NCBI GenBank assembly: GCA_963713045.1
Contig: CAVQKE010000004.1
Location: forward strand, 576,001 to 640,000
Length of the DNA: 64,000 nucleotides
From: an uncultured delta proteobacterium
GTDB taxonomy: Bacteria; Myxococcota; Myxococcia; Myxococcales; Myxococcaceae
Direction: 5' to 3'
The notes under the pieces were generated by a model, which was not told the DNA's origin, searched no databases, and saw only the letters and a list, made by a program, of their open reading frames with translations. Shown in pieces: positions 47,230 through 55,304 of this stretch. A program made the position numbers and the translations under genes. How positions within the stretch are numbered: position 1 is the stretch's first letter; the number at the start of each line of letters is the position of its first letter.

Positions 47230-48095
47230 TCGAACAAACCCTCTTTGCCCATCAGCCCGCGAGGCCTGATCACCAGAACGACGAGCATCAGGAAATAGAT
47301 CACTGCTTCGCTGGCTGCGGGGTAGTACGTGGTTGTGATTCCTGCGGCCAGACCGATGAGCAATCCTCCCAGCACCGCTCCCCCCAGGCTGCCCACGCCG
47401 CCCACGATGACGGCGACGAAACTAGGCATGAGCAGGCTGTCGCCCATGGGTGGGGTCAGTCCAAGGATTCCCGCTGCCAGCGCGCCGGCAAGCCCCGCGA
47501 AAAAGCAGCCGATTCCGAAATTCAGAGCGCGCAGCCGGTAGATGTTGACCCCCAGCGCTGACACGCTTTCGATATCCCGCGTTCCGGCGCGAATGCGAAT
47601 GCCGACCAGGGTATACCGCAGGAGCAGATACAACCCGACGGTTACGGCGACGGTGATCGCGATGATGACCACGCGGTAGCCGGTGATGAAGAAGAGCGTC
47701 GAGCTCAGCGGCTGGTCCAGTGCTGGAGGGACGGCAGAGGGTAGCCCCTGGGCGCCCCAGATGGTCCGCGTGAGATCCTGGATGATGAGGGCCAATCCGA
47801 AGGTCAGCAGGAGGCTATAGAGCGGGTCGGCGCGTTTGTAGAGCCTGCGGATCAGCGTCTGTTCCACCGCGAGGCCGAGGACACCGGCGAGGAGCGGGCC
47901 AACGACCAGGGCTCCCCAGAAACCGAGGTAGGGAGTGAGGGTAAAGGCCAGGTAACCGCCGACGACTAGAAAACCTCCGTGCGCCATGTTGATCACCGAA
48001 TTGAGGCTCAGAATCAAAGCGAGGCCGAGGGCCATGAGCGCATAGAAGACGCCTTGAATCAGGCCGTTGAAGGCATTGAAAAACAGCAATTCCAT
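47226..48095 (-). CDS. livH: branched-chain-amino-acid-type ABC permease (LivH-like)
   Basis: YALMALGLALI, INMAHG, VIVGGVGSLGG, RPRGLMG. Confidence 0.9.
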   Translation of the reverse strand: MELLFFNAFNGLIQGVFYALMALGLALILSLNSVINMAHGGFLVVGGYLAFTLTPYLGFWGALVVGPLLAGVLGLAVEQTLIRRLYKRADPLYSLLLTFGLALIIQDLTRTIWGAQGLPSAVPPALDQPLSSTLFFITGYRVVIIAITVAVTVGLYLLLRYTLVGIRIRAGTRDIESVSALGVNIYRLRALNFGIGCFFAGLAGALAAGILGLTPPMGDSLLMPSFVAVIVGGVGSLGGAVLGGLLIGLAAGITTTYYPAASEAVIYFLMLVVLVIRPRGLMGKEGLFE

Positions 48096-48250
48096 GAGGT
48101 TCCTTTCTCCTCAGCAGTGGGCTAGCTCCGCAGGGCGGCGGCACGAAGGAGCGCCGGTAGCACGCCGGACTCGGCGAGGACCGGCTGAGAACCAGGCGGT
48201 GTTTGGATATTCCGCGCGTCGCCGCGGCGTCTGTACCCGGGGTTGATTCC

Positions 48251-49498
48251 TCACGCCGGGTAGTCGAGCTTACAACCGGTCTCCGCTGCGGGCAGTGCAA
48301 CCTCGTCTCCGGCAATGATCTGCGAGACCTTGAAGACGTCCGGGTAGGCGCCATTCGGGATGGCCTCGCCCGGAAACTCGCTTGTCATCAGCTGATGATC
48401 GGCGGCCCGGAAATAGACGCGGTTGGGTTGCAGCTTCACCTCGGGCGGCAGTTCCAAGCCTTCGAGCGCATGCGCCACTTTGACCCCGTCGAGCGACTTT
48501 GCACGGGCGACGCCGAGGGCGAGCGAATGGAGTGCGGCGTAACCAAACCAGGTCCGCGCGCTCGGGTAAGAGCCGTCCGGAAACGCCTTTCGGTAGGATG
48601 CCACCCACTCCTTAACATGCGGGGTGTTCGCCTGGTCCCACCACCATTCCAGCGTCGCCCAGCCCGTTTTCGCCTCCGGCGGCAGCGCGCGCAGCACCTC
48701 GAGTTCGCTCAAGCCGCCACCGATGGCGAACTTCTTGAAAAGCCCGAACTGGGCAGCCTGCTTCAGCGAGTTAATTCGGTCCTGGCCGTCTGTGAGATTG
48801 ATGAGTACATCCGGATTCGTCGAGGCGGCCTTAATCAAGTAGGAGGAAAAGTCGGTTGTACCCAGTGGCGAAAGCGAGTTGCCGAGGTCGGTGCCGCCAA
48901 GCTTTTTGAGAATCGTCACATAAGAGTCGTGGAGGGTATGGCCGAAGGCATAATCCGGAGTGAGGAAGTACCATCTCCCTCCGAATTTCTTGTAGAGAGT
49001 GCCGGCCAGCCCGGCGGCCAGCATGTATGTGGTGGTGCAAATGCGGAACGTGTTCCAGTGGCACTGCGACCCGGTGACGGGGTCGGTATGCCCGCCCGAC
49101 ACCATGAAAATCATGCCTTGCTGGTGGGCCACCTGGCTGACGGAGAGCGACGCCGCCGATGAGACGGTACCGCTGAGAAACGAGACTTTGTCCTGGTCGA
49201 TGAGTTTGTGGGCCTTCTGTGCCGAAAGGCCCGCGTTACTGGCGTTGTCCTCGATGACAAGCTGAAGCTCGCGGCCCAGCAGGCCGCCTTTGGCATTGAC
49301 TTCAGCGACCGCCATCTTGGCCCCACGAGTTTGGCTCTCTCCCTCGGCGGCATAGTTCCCCGTCAGAGGATCGATATCGCCGATCTTGATTGGCTGCTCG
49401 CCGCGCCCGTAGGCGAGAATTGCCGGTGCTCCCAGGGCCAAAGCGCCGGCCCCGAGCCCTGCGTTGAGTACGTCCCGTCGACTGATTCTGGTGCCCAT
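48251..49498 (-). CDS. Tat-exported LivK-type substrate-binding protein
   Basis: SRRDVL Tat signal, IKIGDIDPLTG, NAKGGLLGR, DYAFG, DFSSYL; GGAGG RBS. Confidence 0.9.
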   Translation of the reverse strand: MGTRISRRDVLNAGLGAGALALGAPAILAYGRGEQPIKIGDIDPLTGNYAAEGESQTRGAKMAVAEVNAKGGLLGRELQLVIEDNASNAGLSAQKAHKLIDQDKVSFLSGTVSSAASLSVSQVAHQQGMIFMVSGGHTDPVTGSQCHWNTFRICTTTYMLAAGLAGTLYKKFGGRWYFLTPDYAFGHTLHDSYVTILKKLGGTDLGNSLSPLGTTDFSSYLIKAASTNPDVLINLTDGQDRINSLKQAAQFGLFKKFAIGGGLSELEVLRALPPEAKTGWATLEWWWDQANTPHVKEWVASYRKAFPDGSYPSARTWFGYAALHSLALGVARAKSLDGVKVAHALEGLELPPEVKLQPNRVYFRAADHQLMTSEFPGEAIPNGAYPDVFKVSQIIAGDEVALPAAETGCKLDYPA

Positions 49499-49737
49499 CG
49501 TGCCGCCCTCCCATAGGTAGAGATGGTTCGGTCGAAAACACCCCGATCTAGACGCGCGTGGGGGTGCGAGTACACGTCCGAAAACACGACCGGTGGACCG
49601 AAGAACGGGTCGGCCGCCGGGCCGAGGGCCGAGGGCCGCCCGAGAGTTCAGCTCGGCTTCTGGCGAATGAAGCCCCGAGCTGCGAACCGGGAACGGACCG
49701 GAACTAACTTCCTGAGCAATTTCAGGTACTTCGTATG

Positions 49738-49811
49738 TCGGGGCGACAGGATTTGAACCTGCGACCACTTGCACCCCAAGCAAGTGCGCTACCAGGCTGC
49801 GCCACGCCCCG
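49738..49811 (-). tRNA. tRNA-Pro(GGG)
   Basis: CGGGGCG acceptor stem, anticodon arm CTTGC-TT GGG GT-GCAAG, GGTTCAAATCC T-arm; CCA not encoded. Confidence 0.97.
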
Positions 49812-49885
49812 GAATCGGATTCGCAACTGTAGACCGTGAAAAAGGGCCCTCCCCTTACTGGCCGTTCTGCTTGAGGTCAAGGCGC

Positions 49886-50233
49886 TCAGACGTCCGACGT
49901 GTCGTCGTCTCCTTCGTCGTGGTCCGACGACGGAGCACCGGGAACCGGAGGGACGTAGCCACTGTTGAGGGCGCTCTTGAGCACCTGGCTCGGACGGAAG
50001 GTAAGCACTCGCCGCGCGGAGATTTCGATTTCCTTCCCGGTCTGCGGGTTACGCCCCACGCGCGCATTCTTCTGGCGGACCTGGAAGTTGCCGAATCCGG
50101 ACACTTTGATGCGGTCGCCTCGCTCGAGCGTCTCCTTGAGAGTGTCGAACACCAGCTCGACAATCTCCGCGGACTCTTTCTTGGAGAAGCCCACCCGCTC
50201 GTAGACCCCTTCGATGATGTCCGCCTTCGTCAT
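49886..50233 (-). CDS. ihfA: integration host factor subunit alpha
   Basis: MTKADII, VSGFGNF, GRNPQTGKEIEISARRVLTFRPSQVLK; downstream of pheT. Confidence 0.95.
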   Translation of the reverse strand: MTKADIIEGVYERVGFSKKESAEIVELVFDTLKETLERGDRIKVSGFGNFQVRQKNARVGRNPQTGKEIEISARRVLTFRPSQVLKSALNSGYVPPVPGAPSSDHDEGDDDTSDV

Positions 50234-50321
50234 GGTTCCCCACTGTGCCGAAAGGGGCCAGAAGCTGTCAACCCAGCGACCTCACTCACCTTTTGGGCGA
50301 GACACACCTACCCCCCGCACG

Positions 50322-52754
50322 TCACGTCCGGAGCTCCGCCCCGAGCCGACGGTTGACCTCCTCCACAATTCGGGTGTGCGCGGCTTGGACTTCCTCGTCC
50401 TTGAGGGTGCGGTCTGGCGCTCGGTAGCGCAGGGCGAACGCTAAATTCTTCCGACCTACGGGCACCGGCTTACCGACATAGACGTCGAAAACTCGCACGT
50501 CTTCTACAAGAGGGCCACCGACCTCCTGAATGACGGCGCGGACATCCTCGGCCCGCTCCGATTGCGGCACCACCACGGCCAGGTCGCGCAACACGGCCGG
50601 GAAGCGGTTGAGCGGGCGAAGCCTTGGGACGACGTTGGCCACCCGAAGCAGCGACTCGAAGTCCAAGTCAAAAAGCTGCACTCCCTTGGGCAGCTCCAGA
50701 ACCTGTGCCGCCCTGGGATGCAGCTCCCCCACCGTTCCTACCACCGTCTCGGCGACCACCAGCGAAGCCGACGCCCGGGGATGGTAGGGGGCACGCCGGA
50801 CAAGTTGTGCGGAGAGGGCTGGCGCTGCGAGCGCTTGCAGCACTGTCTCGACGGCACCCTTGGCGTCAAAGAAGTCGTTGGTGTCCTCGCCGGTGGTCCA
50901 TCCCCGCGGAAGGCGGCGGCCCCACAGAAGGCCACTGACACGGATTGGCTCCTTCGCCACCGGCCGTAGGCCGACTCCGCCCTCCGAATCCGGTAGGTAG
51001 ACGCGGCCCATCTCATAGAGTCGCACTGCCTCTTGCCCCTGGCGAAGGTTGTGGGCCAAGTTGGTGAGGAGGCTCGCGTACAGCGATGTTCGCATGACGG
51101 ACTGCTGCGGGCTGAGAGGGTTCTTGAGACTCACTGCTTCCACGGGCGTCCCGAGCTCCTCGAGCGGGCGCTCCGTCAGCCACGGAAGAAGGGCCGGGTC
51201 GACGAAACTGTAGTTGACCACCTCGTTGAAGCCGGCGCCGGCGAGTGCGCTGCGCACCCGTCGCTCGACCTCCATTTCCACGGGTTCCGGCTTGAGGCTT
51301 TCGGTGAGTGCCGGCAACGTGGCGGGAACCTTCTCGTAGCCCCAAATCCGGGCGACCTCCTCCACCAGGTCCTCGGGCAAGGAGACGTCCATCCGCCAAC
51401 TCGGAACGCGCCACAGCGTGGAGGGGGTCTGCCGCTCCTCGGCGACGAAGCCGAGGGCCGTCAGAATCCGAGAAACCTCCTGGCCCGGGACTTCGGCCCC
51501 CAACAGCTGGCTCACCTGGCCGTCTTGCAACGGGACGAGGCTGGGGGCAGTCGGCGCAGGGTAGACGTCGATGAGGCCACGTCGGACCGCGCCGCCTGTC
51601 AGTTCGGCGATGAGTGCCGCTGCGCGGTCGACCCCGGCCGGGCCGGCTTCAACGTCGACTCCACGTTCAAAGCGGTGGGAGGCCTCGGTGTGCAGCTGGT
51701 GTCGCCTCGCCATCCGACGCACGGTGACCGGATCCCAGTTTGCCCCTTCCAGCAGCACCCGGCTGGTGCCCTCGGACACTTCGGCTTCCGCGCCACCGAA
51801 GGTGCCGGCCAAGCCCATTGGGCGGTCTCGGTCGCACACCACGAGGTCTTCAGTCGAGAGGGCTCGGTCCTTTCCATCGAGAGTGATGAGCCGTTCTCCA
51901 GCCCGTGCGCGGCGCACGACGAGTTCCGCCCCGGCGAGCCGGTCGAGGTCAAAGGCATGGAGGGGCTGGCCGAGCTCAAGCATCACGTAGTTGGTGATGT
52001 CGACGACGCTGTTGATGCTGCGCACACCGCAGCTTTGGAGCCGCCGGACCATCCACTCCGGAGAGGGTCCTATCTTCACGCCCTCCAGCACGCGCGCCGC
52101 GAAGCGTCGGCAGCCGCGCGCATCCTCGATGCGCACTCGGGCGGCAGCGTGGACGTCCTCGGTGGATTCTGGGACTTTGCGCGACAGGTTGCGGAGTGGA
52201 CGCGCGGTCAGTACTGCGACTTCGCGGGCAATTCCGCGGTGACTCAATGCATCTCCACGGTTTGGCGTGACGTTTATCTCTAGGATGGCGTCCTCCAGGC
52301 CGAGCGCCTGCGCGAGCGGCGTCCCCGGGACGAGCGTCGATTGGAGGACCAGCAGGCCCGCGGCATCCTCTGCCAGGCCGAGTTCGCGGGCCGAGCACAG
52401 CATCCCTTCGCTCTCGACGCCGCGAAGTTTGGCTCGAGCAATCCGGTTGCCGTCAGGAAGGATGGTGCCAACCGTCGCCAAGGGGACCAGGTCGCCGACT
52501 TGAAAATTCTTCGCCCCGCACACGATTTGGAGGGTTTGAGTGCCTCCGGCGTTCACTTGAGTCACAGACAGCTTGTCGGCAGCTGGATGGGGACTGGCAG
52601 CCACAATACGGGCCACCACCACCCCGGCCAGTCGGGCGCCGGGATAGTCGACCCCTTCCACTTCGAGGCCAGCGAAGGTCAGACGACGCGCCAGTTCTTC
52701 GGCCGGCGGCACCATCTCGAGCAGGTCTCCCAGCCAATTGCGTGAAATCTTCAT
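50322..52754 (-). CDS. pheT: phenylalanine-tRNA ligase beta subunit
   Basis: MKISRNWL, IVCGAKN, TPNRGDALS, GQPLHAFD, RFERGVD, FPAVLRDLA. Confidence 0.97.
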   Translation of the reverse strand: MKISRNWLGDLLEMVPPAEELARRLTFAGLEVEGVDYPGARLAGVVVARIVAASPHPAADKLSVTQVNAGGTQTLQIVCGAKNFQVGDLVPLATVGTILPDGNRIARAKLRGVESEGMLCSARELGLAEDAAGLLVLQSTLVPGTPLAQALGLEDAILEINVTPNRGDALSHRGIAREVAVLTARPLRNLSRKVPESTEDVHAAARVRIEDARGCRRFAARVLEGVKIGPSPEWMVRRLQSCGVRSINSVVDITNYVMLELGQPLHAFDLDRLAGAELVVRRARAGERLITLDGKDRALSTEDLVVCDRDRPMGLAGTFGGAEAEVSEGTSRVLLEGANWDPVTVRRMARRHQLHTEASHRFERGVDVEAGPAGVDRAAALIAELTGGAVRRGLIDVYPAPTAPSLVPLQDGQVSQLLGAEVPGQEVSRILTALGFVAEERQTPSTLWRVPSWRMDVSLPEDLVEEVARIWGYEKVPATLPALTESLKPEPVEMEVERRVRSALAGAGFNEVVNYSFVDPALLPWLTERPLEELGTPVEAVSLKNPLSPQQSVMRTSLYASLLTNLAHNLRQGQEAVRLYEMGRVYLPDSEGGVGLRPVAKEPIRVSGLLWGRRLPRGWTTGEDTNDFFDAKGAVETVLQALAAPALSAQLVRRAPYHPRASASLVVAETVVGTVGELHPRAAQVLELPKGVQLFDLDFESLLRVANVVPRLRPLNRFPAVLRDLAVVVPQSERAEDVRAVIQEVGGPLVEDVRVFDVYVGKPVPVGRKNLAFALRYRAPDRTLKDEEVQAAHTRIVEEVNRRLGAELRT

Positions 52755-52756
52755 GG

Positions 52757-53797
52757 TCAGAATTGTTCCAGGAAACGAATGTCGTTCTCGAACAGGCTGC
52801 GAATGTCATCCAGGCCATGGCGCAGCATGGCAATTCGTTCGACGCCCATTCCCCAGGCAAACCCAGTCAACACGGCTGGGTCGTACCCACCCGCGGTGAG
52901 GACGTTGGGATGCACCATCCCGCAGCCGAGAATCTCCAACCAGCCACTGAGTTTGCAGACTCGGCAGCCTTTCCCCTGACAGCTCCCGCAACTCACATCC
53001 ATCTCTGCGGAAGGTTCGGTGAATTGGAAGTATGAAGGACGGAAACGCGTCTTCCGGTCGGCGCCGAAGAAGCTGGTGACGAAGGCCGTGAGCGTTCCCT
53101 TCAAATCCGCAAAGGTGATGCCTCGGTCAACCAGGAGCCCCTCAATCTGGTGAAACATCGGCGAGTGCGTTGCATCCGAGTCCACCCGGTAGGCCTTTCC
53201 AGGGACAACAATGCGCAACGGCGGTGGGTGGCTGCGCATCGCCCGAATTTGGCCGGGCGAGGTGTGCGTGCGGAGCAGCACCTGGTCCGCGGGCGCCTTG
53301 GACCACGGTGTCTCCACGTAAAACGTGTCCTGCATGTCCCGCGCTGGATGGTCCTTGGGGATGTTGAGCGCCTCGAAGTTGAGGGCGTCGAGCTCGATTT
53401 CAGGGCCGGTGAAGACATCGAAGCCAAGCCGTTGAAAGCTGCGGATGACGTCTTCCAGGGTGCGAGAGACGAGGTGCCGGTGGCCCGGAGGCTGACCGCG
53501 CCCGGGGAGGGTGACGTCCAGCGGGGGACCGGCCAGCTCCATCTCCAGAGCTGCCTGTTCCACGGCATGGACCGCGCCAGCGAGCAGCGCCTCCAGCTCG
53601 GCCTTCACCCGGTTTGCGACCTCGCCCACGTTACGCCGGGCCTCGGGAGCGAGCGCCCCCATTCCACCAAGCACCTGGGCCAGTTCGCCTTTCCTTCCCA
53701 GGTAGCGGACGCGAAGCGCCTCCACCTGGGCGGCGTCGGTGGCTCGGCCGACTTCCTCTCGCGCGCTCGTCAGTAGCCGCTCCAGCCGGTCACGCAT
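52757..53797 (-). CDS. pheS: phenylalanine-tRNA ligase alpha subunit
   Basis: HPARDMQDTFY, LRTHTSP, THSPMFHQIEGL, FTEPSAE, GCGMVHP. Confidence 0.97.
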   Translation of the reverse strand: MRDRLERLLTSAREEVGRATDAAQVEALRVRYLGRKGELAQVLGGMGALAPEARRNVGEVANRVKAELEALLAGAVHAVEQAALEMELAGPPLDVTLPGRGQPPGHRHLVSRTLEDVIRSFQRLGFDVFTGPEIELDALNFEALNIPKDHPARDMQDTFYVETPWSKAPADQVLLRTHTSPGQIRAMRSHPPPLRIVVPGKAYRVDSDATHSPMFHQIEGLLVDRGITFADLKGTLTAFVTSFFGADRKTRFRPSYFQFTEPSAEMDVSCGSCQGKGCRVCKLSGWLEILGCGMVHPNVLTAGGYDPAVLTGFAWGMGVERIAMLRHGLDDIRSLFENDIRFLEQF

Positions 53798-53818
53798 CTG
53801 CCGTTCTCCCAACCAACG

Positions 53819-53846
53819 AAAAAGGGCCGCCCCGAGGGGCAGCCCT
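53819..53846 (-). terminator. rho-independent terminator after rplT
   Basis: minus strand AGGGCTGCCC-CTCG-GGGCGGCCCT followed by a T-run. Confidence 0.75.
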
Positions 53847-53893
53847 GTTCGGTTCCAAGCATCCAGGGACGCCCTTGGCGCCGGTAGTCGCCG

Positions 53894-54238
53894 TCAGGCC
53901 GCCGCGATTTTGGCAATCGCGGCAAAACCGGCTGGGTCCGCCACGGCAATATCCGCCAGCACTTTGCGGTCCAGCTCGACCTTCGCCTTGGACAGCGCCG
54001 AGATGAAGCGCGAATAACTGACCCCGGACAGACGGGCCGCGGCGTTGATGCGGACAATCCACAATGAGCGGAAGTCGCGCTTCTTCCGAGCACGGTCACG
54101 ACTGGCGTAGTCCAGGGCCCGCTGCACCGCCTGATTGGCGCGCTTGAAGCAGTTTTTCCGTCGGCCGCGATAGCCCTTGGCCAGCTTGAGTATCCGGTTT
54201 CGGCGACGGCGCGCCTTGAAGCCTCTCTTGACCCTCAT
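53894..54238 (-). CDS. rplT: 50S ribosomal protein L20
   Basis: [38 protein letters not shown]. Confidence 0.97.
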   Translation of the reverse strand: MRVKRGFKARRRRNRILKLAKGYRGRRKNCFKRANQAVQRALDYASRDRARKKRDFRSLWIVRINAAARLSGVSYSRFISALSKAKVELDRKVLADIAVADPAGFAAIAKIAAA

Positions 54239-54262
54239 AACCTCGTGACTCCTTCGTCGCCG

Positions 54263-54469
54263 TCAGCCCCCGTAGGGGAACAGCTCCTTGATGACCTTCT
54301 TAGCGTCCATGTCTCGCAGGTAGCCGGTCCCGCGGTGCCGCCGGTCCTGGCCGGCAGTCTTGGCGTGGGTGAAGAGATGCTTGCCGTAGGCCTTGGCGAA
54401 CTTCACCTTGCCTGACTTTTTCACCTCAAACCGCTTCTTTGCGCTGCTGCGTGTCTTCAACTTCGGCAT
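54263..54469 (-). CDS. rpmI: 50S ribosomal protein L35
   Basis: MPKLKTRSSAKKRF...SGKVK; between infC and rplT. Confidence 0.95.
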   Translation of the reverse strand: MPKLKTRSSAKKRFEVKKSGKVKFAKAYGKHLFTHAKTAGQDRRHRGTGYLRDMDAKKVIKELFPYGG

Positions 54470-54490
54470 TCTTACGTCCTTCCCGTCCAA

Positions 54491-55165
54491 TCAGCCCGGT
54501 TCAGCCGGGGCCTTGACCGTCCCCCGGGCGACCGCAGGGACTTTGCTTTTTTCTTCACCCTTCTCATCGTCTCCGACCGCTCCGTCCTTCTTCGCTGCCG
54601 CCTTCGCCGCGGCCGCCGCATTTTGGCGGGCCAAGTCCCGGGCCCGCTGTGCCACTTTGGCGTTCGGGGCCAGAATCATAAACATCTGGCGACCTTCCAT
54701 CCGCGGCACCTGCTCGACCACGCCGACGTCCTTCACGTCCTTGACCACGTCGTCGAGAATCTGTTGGCCAATCTCCTTGTGGGTGATTTCGCGCCCGCGG
54801 AACATGATGGTGATGCGTGCCTTGTTTCCCTCTTCGAGGAAGCGCTTCACGTTGCGGACTTTGAATTCGTAGTCGTGTTCCTCGGTCTTCGGCCGGAGCT
54901 TCACCTCTTTGAGGTGGACCACCACCTGCTTCTTCTTCGCTTCCGAGGCCCTCTTCTTCTCCTCGTACTTGAAGCGGCCGTAATCCATGATCTTGCAGAC
55001 TGGAGGCTTGGCCATCGGGTTGACCTCGACGAGGTCCATCCCGGTTTCGTTGGCCTTCTCCAGCGCTGCTTCGATCGTCAGGACACCCAGCTGTTCACCC
55101 GCGGCACCCACCACGCGGACTTCGCGCGCGCGGATGCGCCGGTTGGTTCTCTGGTCACGAGCGAT
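54491..55165 (-). CDS. infC: translation initiation factor IF-3 (ATC start, C-terminal extension)
   Basis: IRAREVRVV, DLVEV, PPVCKIMDYGRFKYE, MFRGRE; GGAGG RBS precedes ATC at 55165. Confidence 0.95.
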   Translation of the reverse strand: MARDQRTNRRIRAREVRVVGAAGEQLGVLTIEAALEKANETGMDLVEVNPMAKPPVCKIMDYGRFKYEEKKRASEAKKKQVVVHLKEVKLRPKTEEHDYEFKVRNVKRFLEEGNKARITIMFRGREITHKEIGQQILDDVVKDVKDVGVVEQVPRMEGRQMFMILAPNAKVAQRARDLARQNAAAAAKAAAKKDGAVGDDEKGEEKSKVPAVARGTVKAPAEPG

Positions 55166-55231
55166 GTGAGTCGACCTCCAGCCTGGGGGTACACCCCTCC
55201 CCAACCACGGAGGGGCCGAAAAAGAGGGCGC

Positions 55232-55259
55232 AAAATACCCGCCCGACGCTCCAAGTCAA
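55232..55259 (-). promoter_or_regulatory. putative sigma70 promoter of infC-rpmI-rplT
   Basis: TTGACT-16 nt-TATTTT on the minus strand. Confidence 0.55.
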
Positions 55260-55304
55260 GCCATCCCGGGCCCGGAGAGGCAACCCAGGTTCCAGCGAGC
55301 CTCC

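Larger units (their letters stand above)
44370..49779. mobile_element. decayed tRNA-Pro-integrated genomic islet (no integrase), cargo = LIV-type ABC transporter
   Basis: bounded by the direct repeat of the tRNA 3' half; short shared motifs inside both ends. Confidence 0.7.

Noticed and set aside
49533..49587. CGAAAACAC direct repeat (two copies, 46 bp apart) upstream of the ABC cassette
   Set aside because: Only two 9-mers and no regulator nearby; cannot be supported as an operator
49499..49783. N-terminal extension of the 510-aa binding-protein ORF
   Set aside because: Runs through the tRNA-Pro gene; the real start is ATG 49498 with RBS and Tat signal
53800..53893. pheM-like attenuator upstream of pheS
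   Set aside because: A terminator hairpin is present but there is no Phe-rich leader ORF
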